64,000 nt of DNA from Clostridia bacterium (lineage in GTDB: Bacteria; Bacillota; Clostridia; Oscillospirales; CAG-272): assembly GCA_017454675.1 (NCBI GenBank), contig JAFTCN010000058.1, forward strand, positions 3,185-67,184, read 5' to 3'. Positions within the stretch are counted from its first letter, which is position 1. Every line of letters starts with the position of its first letter. The notes beneath the pieces were generated by a model. The model was not told the origin of the DNA and made no database searches. It worked only from the letters and a program-made list of their open reading frames with translations. Of the stretch, positions 11,201 through 20,119 are shown piece by piece. The position numbers were made by a program, and so were the translations under genes.

Positions 11201-11522
11201 TCCGGTAGACCGACAGAAGCGGAGCGCATGCCCGCAGCGCGCGCATCATCGTGACGAGGCGCATTCCATCCGAGGCGTATTTTGCCGACAGGCCGCCGTA
11301 TTCCCTGAACACGCGGTTGCACAGTCTCGTGAAGTTCAGCACCTCGAAGCAGAGCGCAGACGACGCCGGAAGGCGTTCGGCCGCCCTGCGTTCCGCCAGG
11401 ACTCCTTCCTGCTCGGGGATGATCAGGAAGGCGCGGCGCCCGGCGGCGCAGTCTTCGGCGATACGTTCGGTGATATATTCCGTTTTTCCGCTCCCGTGAG
11501 CTCCGTAAATGAATCTGATCAT
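8226..11522 (-). CDS. addB: ATP-dependent helicase/nuclease subunit B (AddB/RexB)
   Basis: 1098 aa. N-terminal GAHGSGKT, a C-terminal RecB-like nuclease (VVDYKTG) and Fe-S staple cysteines (CPFKFAC ... CKNCPFVPVC). It is paired with addA. Confidence 0.9.
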   Translation of the reverse strand: MIRFIYGAHGSGKTEYITERIAEDCAAGRRAFLIIPEQEGVLAERRAAERLPASSALCFEVLNFTRLCNRVFREYGGLSAKYASDGMRLVTMMRALRACAPLLSVYRSAAMNDPSFAAGMLSAVDELAACGITPGGIDAAATSIPDASLSSRLSDISACASAYRELLGGVADPSGRMERLVEVLKSERFFAGANVYIDSFSGLTGVQHEAVAEIMSQAASTTVAVPLESPDSDPGIDGISRRRMSSRLRRDAAATGIRTETVLAGEQKRTRYADLAAAGRLWTALPEEGPRDGSVTVAAASDIFEEAEYAAAEAGKLIRAGMRCRDIVICVRDPDRYKGILDTAFEDAGIPFWSSGKHTLSHTAPARLLLSVLKILTGGWRREDVSAFLHTGLSGISGPDLDIFESYTEKWNISGKAFTRGDWQMHPDGYSGDLSPADEDRLRRINEVRKSLCDMLEKLSEELSASGSCGEICLSLYRFLGSLGVSDNMRSRAASALEAGRRDEAVKLAGFTDGLVSCLEELCDCYVGSPAPSLPEFTSALSLMLDAKRVGSIPATADAVTLAPADVFRADRPRCVMLLGVAEGSFPAAPPSRGLFSDPDRELMSECGLPLSSDPESDASDELYYFSRAAASASERLIVVTRTGAISTAVERLLAVLPGLRVSECFADDITGRFTSERTAMGYLPLLTGTPLGSAVAAALSDASCMTGRDRDSSLEDISPATAAAVFGNQMYLSESALAEYYDCPFKFACGRLLKLDRVCGQRAYFSFDSVGNYMHSILEHYLREIYLSRGGVFPEGDEKAALLAEISERVKNGIAPGGRESLSASVKHVTGRLDVLSDAVTSRMADELSASDFVPRFFELKIGGGGFPATVFDLPDGGRASLIGKADRVDVMEKDGKAYVRVVDYKTGRKFPSGSTYTDPKTMQLPLYLMSLTASPRVSERFFGMPAVPSSFYYLFCVPEKPESATSDAGEAERLVAGGIKRLGRYIEGGAPEAGSDSQEDGGTRKKKKTAGNAADFSAASEDELHGIFSGAAENLRSAAVSMRKGMTAARPASPDSCKNCPFVPVCRRSGAPGGGEAAAGTDTVTEAGAGTASGSV

Positions 11523-11535
11523 CGTGTTGCCGTAT

Positions 11536-12399
11536 TTACGTATTTGTTTCCGGGGCTTCCCGGCCGCCGCTGCCTTCGTCCGGGTTCGCGCGCGGCGAAG
11601 TCCCGTGTTCTTCGAAAAGCCTGATGTTGCGCAGTATCACGTCCTTCGGCCGCCACGAATAAGCTCTCTGCGCGAAGTCGTCGCTGTCGGCGAGCGTTTT
11701 TTCGTCGGGGAACCGCAGCGCTGTCCCGGTGAAAAAGGGGATATCCGTGTATATCGTCCCGGCCTTCTTTGCCGCCGCGGTATACGGACAGACCTCCTGG
11801 CAGATGTCGCAGCCCCATACGCTGCCGTATCTCAGTACCGTCTCTTTCTCTTTTTCGTCGAGGCCGCCCTTTTTCTGCGTTATCGCGGACAGGCAGTTCT
11901 CACCCGTCATCCCGAAGGGGCAGGCGGCGGCGCATCTCCCGCATCCGGGACATCTGCCGGGCTCGACCGGCTCCCTGTCGGGCGGGACATCGCTGACTAT
12001 CTCGAAGATGAAGACGTACGACGAGTACTTTTCCGTGATCAGCATGCCGTTCCTGCCGATGACACCGAGACCGGCCCTGGCGGCGCCGTCGCGCTCGTCG
12101 AAGGGCGAGGAGTCGCCGAATACAGCGAATCCGGCGCCGGGGAAGGCCTCCTTCGCCTCTTTCTCGATCAGAGCACCGGTTTCCTCTATGAAGAGGTGGT
12201 AATCCTTTGATACCGCGTATGCCGAGACCGAGCGGGGAAGGTCGCATTCGCGGGTATAGTACGGGATGAGCCCGAAATAAACCGAACGCGGCTCAAAACC
12301 GACGCTCCGCAGCTTGTATCCCCGCGTCAGACGGCAGCTCCCGAACGGTATCCCGGCCGCCTGGATACCGTGCTTTTTCATTATTTCCGTAAGTGTCAT
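11536..12399 (-). CDS. queG: Epoxyqueuosine reductase (QueG-like, 4Fe-4S ferredoxin-type)
   Basis: Two ferredoxin-type Cys clusters (CPGCGRCAAACP, WGCDICQEVCP) in a QueG-like context. I take MTLTEIMKKHG (ATG at 12399) as the start. The track ORF begins 23 codons upstream. Confidence 0.75.
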   Translation of the reverse strand: MTLTEIMKKHGIQAAGIPFGSCRLTRGYKLRSVGFEPRSVYFGLIPYYTRECDLPRSVSAYAVSKDYHLFIEETGALIEKEAKEAFPGAGFAVFGDSSPFDERDGAARAGLGVIGRNGMLITEKYSSYVFIFEIVSDVPPDREPVEPGRCPGCGRCAAACPFGMTGENCLSAITQKKGGLDEKEKETVLRYGSVWGCDICQEVCPYTAAAKKAGTIYTDIPFFTGTALRFPDEKTLADSDDFAQRAYSWRPKDVILRNIRLFEEHGTSPRANPDEGSGGREAPETNT

Positions 12400-12462
12400 T
12401 TTTTTGTGTTCCGGTGCGTGCGACTCCCGCCTCAGCGGGTTTCGCCGCAGCTGTTTTACCAC

Positions 12463-12491
12463 TTGCACAAAGCGGTTTTTTCATGTATAAT
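12463..12491 (+). promoter_or_regulatory. Sigma-70/SigA-type promoter upstream of the Fe-ADH gene
   Basis: TTGCAC, a 17 nt spacer, then TATAAT (12486-12491). It sits about 200 nt upstream of the ADH start, leaving a long leader. Confidence 0.5.
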
Positions 12492-12690
12492 ATTATTATA
12501 TCAGTTAGAAAGAGCGAATACAAGCGGATTTTTCGAAAAACGCGGAATTTCGCATCTTCCCGCAAGGGTGTTCCCGGTGTTTTCCGCGTTTCCCCGCGGG
12601 AAGGACGGCGTAATTCCTGACAAACGGTCTTCACGCTCTTATGAGATCAAAGCTGATTCAGCTGAACAGGAGGTCTTGATTTTGTTTTAC

Positions 12691-13794
12691 ATGCCGGTAA
12701 AACTCTATACAGGCGAGGGCTGTCTCGCGGAGCACGGAGCTGAGATCGGGAGATACGGGAGGAGGTTCCTTATCCTTACCGGACGTTCATCCGCTTCGAG
12801 ATCCGGAGCGCTTCAGTGCCTTTTGTCGGTGATAGGCTCCTTCGGCGGCGAATATCTGCTTTATGACCGGATCGGAGCAAACCCTCCCGTGTCCGCCTGC
12901 GCCGAAGCCGGAAGGGCCGGCGCCGCCTTCGGAGCCGAAGCCGTAATAGGAGTAGGCGGAGGATCTCCGCTCGACGCCGCCAAGGCCGCGGCCGTCTTCC
13001 TCGCCAATCCCTCGATCGGGGAGGAGGAGCTCTAGTCGCGCTCCTGGCCGTCAGGGCCCGCTCCGGTGATACTTGTCGGGACGACCGCAGGGACCGGGAG
13101 CGAGGTGACTCCGGTTTCGGTGCTGACCGATTCGAAGGGGAGAAAGCACAGCATCCGCGACGACGCAGTCTATGCCTCTCTCGCCTTCGGTGATCCCTCT
13201 TTCACATATTCGATGCCGCGCGCCCTGACCCTTTCGACGGGCATCGACGCCGTCGCCCACTGCGTCGAGAGCTGGTTTTCAAAGAAGGCGACAGACCTGT
13301 CCCGGGCGGCTTCCGCGTCGGGTATCCGTAAGATAATACGCCCGCTTTCAGCAGCAGCCGCGGGAGTCGAGCTCTCGCCGGCGGAGCGGTCCGACATCTA
13401 CAGCGGATCGCTGCTCGGAGGCATCGCGATTTCTGTAACCGGGACATGCTTTCCGCACAATGTCGGTTATTATCTGACCGAGAGCCGCGGGCTTCCGCAC
13501 GGTCTTGCCTGCGCGGTCTTCATGGAGGATCTTCTCAGGTTTGAGCTCGGGATATGTCCGGAATACGCGTCGGCTCTGTTCCGGGATTCGGGGACTTCCC
13601 CCGAGGATCTTTCGGCTCTCGCTGCCGGCTGCCTTGCCGGATCGGCGTCAGAAGAGATCTCTATGACCGAAGACGAGATCGAGAGAGTCCTTCCGAGGTG
13701 GGAGAACGCGGGATCGGTGAAGAACACGGTCGGGGCGCCGGATCTCAACTGCCTTTCGGGCATACTGAGAAATCATTTTCTGAAGCAGCGGTGA
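12691..13794 (+). pseudogene. Iron-containing alcohol dehydrogenase interrupted by one in-frame TAG (13033-13035)
   Basis: Track ORFs 12370-13035 and 13066-13794 are in the same frame. The joined sequence reads GVGGGSPLDAAK...EEEL*SRSWPSGPAPVILVGTTAGTGSEV...GIDAVAHCVES, which contains the Fe-ADH family motifs. There is no frameshift. The start is ATG 12691, or TTG 12682 after AGGAGG. Confidence 0.8.
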
Positions 13795-13916
13795 GGCCTG
13801 CCGGCCGGCTGCGGCATCAGACTGCTGTTCACAATTATTTTGAGAAAAAGCCGCGAAGCGCCGAAGAGGTCGCCGATCCCGCGAAGGGAGAGAACGCGGC
13901 GGAAAGGTCCGTAAAA

Positions 13917-14261
13917 ATGTACAGAGCAAAGGAAAACGCAGAGAAGGAATCGAAATGCATCAGGGGAGGCATCGGCGAGACGCATATGACGAAGATATTA
14001 AACGGCCCGGACGAGATGTACGGGAAGGGAAGGCTCTTCAACATAATGACAGTCGATCCCGGAAACAGCATCGGCGAGCATTTTCACACCGGCGACAACG
14101 AGATATTCTACTTTCTTTCAGGCACCGGCGTATACAACGACAACGGCACCGAGGTCAGAGTGAGGCCGGGCGACACCGCCGTCTGCAGCGACGGCGAGAA
14201 GCACAGCATCCGCAACGACGGCTCCGAACCGCTGGTATTTGTCGCTCTAATACTTTACTGA
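13917..14261 (+). CDS. Cupin domain protein
   Basis: Cupin motifs GEHFHTGDNEIFYFLSGTG and PGDTAVCSDGEKHSIRN. The start is taken at MYRAKEN. The upstream part of track ORF 13554-14261 overlaps the ADH gene. Confidence 0.7.
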   Translation: MYRAKENAEKESKCIRGGIGETHMTKILNGPDEMYGKGRLFNIMTVDPGNSIGEHFHTGDNEIFYFLSGTGVYNDNGTEVRVRPGDTAVCSDGEKHSIRNDGSEPLVFVALILY

Positions 14262-14503
14262 TCCCGCGAGACGGAAAAACCGCGGTTTTCCCGCATCCTC
14301 CGGCGCAAGGGCGGTTTTTCATCGAATATGAAAAAACTCTACCCGCCTTTCAGTGACTTTTTTTCCCCCCTTCATACAGTTTTCACATGCTTCTGGTATA
14401 ATAATGCCGTAAAAGAAGGGACGGGAGACGCCGGGTGACATCGGCCTGCGGCTCACCGCCCCGCGAATGACCCGCAGCGCGGAAAGGACTGAGAACAAAC
14501 ACC

Positions 14504-15889
14504 ATGGAAGAATTCAATTCTGAGAACAGAAACGGGTACGTCCCGTCGCAGGATCAGGCTGATCCCGGATACCGCGGACAGCCTTACGGAGCCGTATACA
14601 CCCCGGATTCCGGATCCGGTGAATATCACTATACCCCCTACCGGGGAACACAGACCGAGAACGTCTACGCGGGAGGACAGCAGGCTGCGAAAAAGAAAAA
14701 GGGCGGAAAGGCCGGCATGATCATAGGGATCTCGGCGGCCGTGCTCGTCGTATTCCTCCTCATCTCGGCGATGGCGGTCGGAGTCATGTTCGCGGCCAAG
14801 AAACTCTTCCCGAACGCCGGGAACCTGTCGGGAAAGCAGGGCGGCGTGCCCGAATCGACCCTTGACTACAGTTCGTCGACCGTATCGGTATCCGACAGAA
14901 AGGGATCCGAGGGCCAGGGCCTCATAACTGCCGCCGTCACTCCCGGAAAGCTGATGACGAAAGCCGAGACCGTCTCCGTCGTCAAGGATTCTGTCGTCGA
15001 GATCACGACCGAGACGGTCAAGGGCGGCTCGGGAATGTTCTCGCAGTATGTCGTCAGCGGAGCCGGAAGCGGCGTCATAATCTCCGACTCCGGCATCATC
15101 ATAACCAACAACCACGTCATCGAAGGCGCGACCAAGATAACCGTCCGGCTGACCGACGGCACCGAGTTCGAGGCCTCTCTTACAGGCACCGACGAGGACG
15201 CCGACATCGCCGTCATCACGATAGATCCGGGCGACAAAAAACTCACCGCCGCCGTTCTCGGAAACAGCGACCTGCTCGTCGCCGGCCAGGAGATCATCGT
15301 CATAGGCAATCCTCTCGGCGAACTCGGCGGAACGGTCACCAACGGCATCATCTCCGCCACCGAGCGCGAGATAGAAGTCGACAACAACGGCACGATGACC
15401 CTGCTTCAGACCGACGCGGCCGTCAACCCGGGCAACTCGGGAGGCGGAATGTTCAACCTTTACGGCGAACTCGTTGGCATCGTCAACGCCAAGTCCTCGG
15501 GCGACAGCATTGAGGGGCTTGGCTTCGCGATCCCGGTCAACACCGCCTGGAGCGTCGCTGACGAGCTCATCAAATACGGCTACGTCAAGGGCAGGACCAC
15601 GCTCAACATAACCGTCGTCGACGTCACCAACAGCATGTACGCGAGGTACTACTTCGACTCCTCCTCGGTCGGCGTTTATGTCGTCGAGGCGAACAGCGGT
15701 TCGGACTTCAAGTACGGCGACAGGATAATCTCATTTGACGGCATCGAGATCGACTCGGCATCTGATCTCAGCACGCAGCTGAGGAAGCACGCCGTGGGCG
15801 ACTCCGTGAACGTGGTCGTGATGAGAAAGGGCAAGACGGTCGAGATAAACGTCAAACTCTCGGAGCAGGTCCCCGAGAACAAATCGTAA
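14504..15889 (+). CDS. htrA: HtrA/DegP-family (S1C) serine protease with an N-terminal membrane anchor and a C-terminal PDZ domain
   Basis: Catalytic triad context TNNHV, DIAV and GNSGGGMF. A transmembrane helix (MIIGISAAVLVVFLLISAMAV) is present, and a PDZ-like region follows. Confidence 0.85.
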   Translation: MEEFNSENRNGYVPSQDQADPGYRGQPYGAVYTPDSGSGEYHYTPYRGTQTENVYAGGQQAAKKKKGGKAGMIIGISAAVLVVFLLISAMAVGVMFAAKKLFPNAGNLSGKQGGVPESTLDYSSSTVSVSDRKGSEGQGLITAAVTPGKLMTKAETVSVVKDSVVEITTETVKGGSGMFSQYVVSGAGSGVIISDSGIIITNNHVIEGATKITVRLTDGTEFEASLTGTDEDADIAVITIDPGDKKLTAAVLGNSDLLVAGQEIIVIGNPLGELGGTVTNGIISATEREIEVDNNGTMTLLQTDAAVNPGNSGGGMFNLYGELVGIVNAKSSGDSIEGLGFAIPVNTAWSVADELIKYGYVKGRTTLNITVVDVTNSMYARYYFDSSSVGVYVVEANSGSDFKYGDRIISFDGIEIDSASDLSTQLRKHAVGDSVNVVVMRKGKTVEINVKLSEQVPENKS

Positions 15890-15915
15890 CTTTCCGACTC
15901 CCGGAGGATAAGCAA

Positions 15916-16608
15916 ATGTACAGTCTTCTGATCGCAGACGACGAGCCGGGCATCCGCTCGATCGTCAGGAAATACGCCGAATTCGAGGGCAACAGAGTCA
16001 CCGAGGCAGCCGACGGCATGGAGGCCGTCGAGCTCTGCCGCTCCGAAAAATTCGATATCGTCATCATGGACATCATGATGCCGGAGCTCGACGGCTTTTC
16101 GGCGGTGCGCGAGATCCGCAAGTTCTCGCAGGTGCCCGTCATTATGCTGTCCGCCAGAGGTGAGGAATACGACAAGATCAACGGGTTCTCGCTCGGTGCC
16201 GACGATTATGTCGTCAAGCCCTTCTCGCCAAAGGAGCTGCTGCTCCGTGTCGAAGCGATACTGAAGAGGGGCGGAAGACGCGAAGAGCACGGGGAAAAGG
16301 AGCACGAGATCATCGAGATGGACGGAGGCGGACTCAGGGCCGACCTTACCGCCAGGATCGTGTATATCGACGGCGAACGGGTCGACATGTCCCCGAAGGA
16401 ATACGAGCTCTTCTTCTACATGCTCGCCAACCGTAACATCGCACTGTCGCGCGAGAAACTCATCAGCGATGTCTGGGGCTACGATTTCTACGGCGACGCC
16501 AGGACGCTCGACACCCATATCAAGCTCCTGCGCCGCTCGCTCGGCAAGTATGCGCCGTACATCGTCACCCTGAGGGGAATAGGATACCGCTTCGAGGGCA
16601 GGAATTGA
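15916..16608 (+). CDS. OmpR/PhoB-family response regulator
   Basis: Receiver domain (LIADDE...DIVIMDIMMPELDG...KPF) plus a winged-helix output (LSPKEYELFFYML...TLRGIGYRF). GGAGGA RBS. Confidence 0.9.
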   Translation: MYSLLIADDEPGIRSIVRKYAEFEGNRVTEAADGMEAVELCRSEKFDIVIMDIMMPELDGFSAVREIRKFSQVPVIMLSARGEEYDKINGFSLGADDYVVKPFSPKELLLRVEAILKRGGRREEHGEKEHEIIEMDGGGLRADLTARIVYIDGERVDMSPKEYELFFYMLANRNIALSREKLISDVWGYDFYGDARTLDTHIKLLRRSLGKYAPYIVTLRGIGYRFEGRN

Positions 16609-18146
16609 AAAAAATAATAAACATGGGAATAAAAGGCAGGATAGTTCTATACTTTACTGCCTTTATTTTACTGATGCTGGTCGTCATATGGGTGGTCCAG
16701 ATCTCGCTTCTCGGCGTATTCTACCGCCGCACCAAACTTCATGAGCTCGACGAAGTATCACAGACGGTGAGCTCGTACCTCGGAACCGGCAGTCTTGAGG
16801 ACATCACATACGAGATGTCGACGAAATACAAGATCTGCATGATCGTTTTCGAGACGTCGGGCGATGAACTCGGCAGGCAGGTCGTGTCGGTCGAGAGCAC
16901 TCCGATGTGCCTTATCCATCATCTGACGCCGGGAGCGCTCGGCGAGTTTTATTCGAAAGCCCTGGCATCGGGAGGCAGATTCGTCGAGAGATTCACGATG
17001 GGAAAGGGCCTCGTGCAGGACGTCCCCCGCGGCAGCGCGGGCGATGACGGAGACGGCGGCGAGGAACGGAGGAACGGAGGGGACGAGGTCACGATGGCGG
17101 TTTCCGTCATCTCGGCGTCAGGACGCGACGGCAAGAGCTACGCGATATTCGCCGATACCGAATTCACGCAGATGCATACGGCCGAGACGCTGCTCAACAC
17201 GCAGTTCCTGTGGCTCGCCGGTTCGATCGTGCTCCTCACGGCGTTCGTCGCGTACATCTTCGCCGTCAACATCTCGAGGCCGCTGACCAATATGAATGAA
17301 TCGGCAAAGAAGCTGGCCGCGGGCGACTACGAGCCGAACTTCAGGGTCGAGGGATACAGGGAGACGAGGGAACTGGCGGAGACGCTGAATTTCGCCGCCT
17401 CCGAGATATCAAGATCCGACCGGCTGCAGCGCGAGCTCATCGCGAACGTTTCGCACGACCTTCGCACGCCGCTGACGATGATTTCGGGATACGCAGAGGT
17501 GATGCGGGACATCCCGGGAGAGAACACTCCGGAGAACGTCCAGGTGATCATCGACGAATCGAACCATCTCTCGGCGCTCGTGAACGACATGCTCGATCTG
17601 TCCAAGATCGAGGCGGGTGTCAAAAAGCCCGAAAAGACCGGATTCAGTCTCACGACGGCGGTCTCAGAGGTCCTGGAGAGGTATTCCCAGCTGCGTGAGC
17701 ACGACGGCTACTCGATCGAATTCGAACACGGCGAGGACGTTTCGGTGTGCGCCGACCGCACTATGATCCTGCAGGTCCTGTACAACCTCGTGAACAACGC
17801 AATAAACTACTGCGGCGCCGACAAGAAGGTCATAGTCACACAGAGCGTCGCGGAGAGCGAGAGCGGAGAGTCGGTGCGTATAACGGTCAGGGACCACGGA
17901 GAGGGCATCAGTCCCGAGAACATCCCTCTCGTATGGGACAGGTACTACAGGGTGGACAAGCTCCACAAGAGGTCCTCCGTCGGGAGCGGACTCGGTCTGT
18001 CGATCGTAAAAAGGATACTCCAGCAGCACGGAGCGCTGTTCGGCGTCGAGAGCGTTCCGGGTGAGGGATCGGCCTTCTGGTTCGAACTTCCGTGCACCCG
18101 CAGGCAGGCGGACGCGGAAGGGCCGGAGCGCCCGCGCGAGAAATAA
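16605..18146 (+). CDS. Sensor histidine kinase (HisKA + HATPase_c)
   Basis: Two transmembrane segments, a HAMP-like linker, H-box SHDLRTPLT, N-box LVNNAINY and G-boxes DHGEGI / GSGLGLSIV. It overlaps the response-regulator stop codon. Confidence 0.9.
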   Translation: MKKIINMGIKGRIVLYFTAFILLMLVVIWVVQISLLGVFYRRTKLHELDEVSQTVSSYLGTGSLEDITYEMSTKYKICMIVFETSGDELGRQVVSVESTPMCLIHHLTPGALGEFYSKALASGGRFVERFTMGKGLVQDVPRGSAGDDGDGGEERRNGGDEVTMAVSVISASGRDGKSYAIFADTEFTQMHTAETLLNTQFLWLAGSIVLLTAFVAYIFAVNISRPLTNMNESAKKLAAGDYEPNFRVEGYRETRELAETLNFAASEISRSDRLQRELIANVSHDLRTPLTMISGYAEVMRDIPGENTPENVQVIIDESNHLSALVNDMLDLSKIEAGVKKPEKTGFSLTTAVSEVLERYSQLREHDGYSIEFEHGEDVSVCADRTMILQVLYNLVNNAINYCGADKKVIVTQSVAESESGESVRITVRDHGEGISPENIPLVWDRYYRVDKLHKRSSVGSGLGLSIVKRILQQHGALFGVESVPGEGSAFWFELPCTRRQADAEGPERPREK

Positions 18147-18186
18147 CTTGATTTTTCGACGACTTTGTTATATAATAGCTGTATCT

Positions 18187-19245
18187 ATGATGGGAGGTGC
18201 CGCTTTGGGCAGGTCTAAAAAGAACAGATTCGAAAGCGGCGTCATGTCCGAATACTACGGCGGGCTGGGATCGGACACGTCGGACGTATTCACCAAATCG
18301 CTCGATTCGCTGAGTGAAGACGACCTGCTTGCCGGTACTTCCGCTGAAGGAATAAAGAAAAAGAAAAAGAAAAAGAGCGCGGGCGGGATCATCAGCACTC
18401 TGATGTTCTTTGTTTTCGCGGCGGTGTTCGCCGTATGCGCCTGGAAGATAGTCGGGATCGTGCAGCAGTACCGTCTGGGGGACGAGATCTACGACGCGGT
18501 CGCCGAGGAGTTCGACGCCGTCATCGCGGCTGCCGCCGAGCCTCAGCTCGTCCGCCTAGGCAAGAGCGGCCTCGACAGCCCGATGCAGTCGTACAGCGAC
18601 GTCCTCTCGAACGGCGCTATCATATACAACCCCGACAATGCCGGACGCGTGAGTCAGTCAAGCGTCCTCTACCGGCAGATGCTTGTGAAGCTCGAGGAGT
18701 GGCGCGACTCAAACCCCGACATATACGGATACATCAGCATCGACGGCACGAACATCAGATACCCGATGGTCCAGTCGGACGACAACGACTTCTACCTGAC
18801 TCACAGCTACACCGGCAAGGCGCTGAAATCGGGTGCGATATTCGTCGACTACCGCAACTCGCGGACGATAAGCCGCAACCGCAACACCGTCGTATACGGA
18901 CACAACATGGAGAACGGAGCCATGTTCCATTCCATGACGAAATTCCTCGACCGGGATTTCTTCATGAACACCGACATAGTGATCTACGCTTTCGACGGGA
19001 TATACACATTTGAGATGTTCTCGATCTACGAGACATATGCGACCGACGACTATTTCCGCGTATTCTTCTCGGGCGACGACGATTTCGTCAGCTTCTGCGA
19101 GCGCGAAGAGGGAAGATCGATGTATCACAGGGACGGGGTCAAGTTCGGACCCGATTCGGTGATCGTCACATTTTCGACCTGCATAAACTCGGTGGCCGAC
19201 GGAAGATACGCCATCCACGCCCTGCTCAAGAAATTCGAAAACTGA
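18187..19245 (+). CDS. srtB: Class B sortase
   Basis: IYGYISIDGTNIRYPMVQSDDNDFYLTH, VVYGHNMENGAMF and the catalytic TFSTC. It has an N-terminal transmembrane anchor. The start is ATG 18187, or TTG 18205 after GGAGG. Confidence 0.8.
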   Translation: MMGGAALGRSKKNRFESGVMSEYYGGLGSDTSDVFTKSLDSLSEDDLLAGTSAEGIKKKKKKKSAGGIISTLMFFVFAAVFAVCAWKIVGIVQQYRLGDEIYDAVAEEFDAVIAAAAEPQLVRLGKSGLDSPMQSYSDVLSNGAIIYNPDNAGRVSQSSVLYRQMLVKLEEWRDSNPDIYGYISIDGTNIRYPMVQSDDNDFYLTHSYTGKALKSGAIFVDYRNSRTISRNRNTVVYGHNMENGAMFHSMTKFLDRDFFMNTDIVIYAFDGIYTFEMFSIYETYATDDYFRVFFSGDDDFVSFCEREEGRSMYHRDGVKFGPDSVIVTFSTCINSVADGRYAIHALLKKFEN

Positions 19246-19287
19246 CTTTTCCGGGCCGGCGCCCGGCCGAGCCGCAAAAAGACACAG

Positions 19288-20022
19288 ATGAAGATCTCAG
19301 TCTGCATTCCGGTATACAACGAATCGAAAATAATAGCCGATACTGCCCGCACGCTTTCTTCGTATCTCGAGGAGCGATTCGGAAGGACTCCCGACGGGAG
19401 ACCCGATTACGAGATCGTCTTCTCCGACGACGGCAGCACCGACGGCTCGGGCGATATTGTCCGGAGCCTCGGGCTCGACGGAGTGAAGGTAACGGGATAC
19501 GGGAAGAACCGCGGCAAGGGATGCGCGGTGCGCACCGCCGTACTCGCATCGGAAGGGGACGTCGTGATGTTCACCGACTCAGACCTCGCCTACGGCACAG
19601 ATGTCATCGAGAGGTTTTACTCCTGCCTTTCGGCCGAAGGGGCGCCCGACGCCGCCGTCGGTTCGAGGAACATAAGCAAAGACGGATACGAGGGATACAC
19701 CTTCATAAGGAAGGCGGCCTCCAAACTCTACATCAGGTTCCTGTCGGCCGCGGGCGGCCTTAAGCTTTCGGACTCGCAGTGCGGCTGCAAGGCGTTCCGG
19801 GCAGGCCCGGCGAAGCAGATCTTCTCCCGGTGCGAGGTGGACGGATTCGCCTTTGATTTCGAGGCGCTGCTCTGGGCCGACAAACTTGGCTTAAGAGTGG
19901 CCGAACTTCCGGTGCGCGTGCTCGTGCACGGCGACTCGAAGGTAAGGCTGCTCCGCGATTCGCTGAAAATGCTGCGGGACGTCTCCCGCATGAAAAAAGA
20001 GATCCGAAAGAAAGATATATGA
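19288..20022 (+). CDS. Family 2 glycosyltransferase (dolichyl-phosphate beta-glucosyltransferase-like)
   Basis: ISVCIPVYNES, DDGSTDGS and FTDSDL (DXD) motifs. Confidence 0.85.
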   Translation: MKISVCIPVYNESKIIADTARTLSSYLEERFGRTPDGRPDYEIVFSDDGSTDGSGDIVRSLGLDGVKVTGYGKNRGKGCAVRTAVLASEGDVVMFTDSDLAYGTDVIERFYSCLSAEGAPDAAVGSRNISKDGYEGYTFIRKAASKLYIRFLSAAGGLKLSDSQCGCKAFRAGPAKQIFSRCEVDGFAFDFEALLWADKLGLRVAELPVRVLVHGDSKVRLLRDSLKMLRDVSRMKKEIRKKDI

Positions 20023-20119
20023 TCTTCCGCTTCCGCTGCACCTTTCTGCCTCCGGCACGGCGCGTCCGCGACGGATGAAGAGACACGGCGGGGACGGGAG
20101 TCAGGTCAAGAGAACCCGC

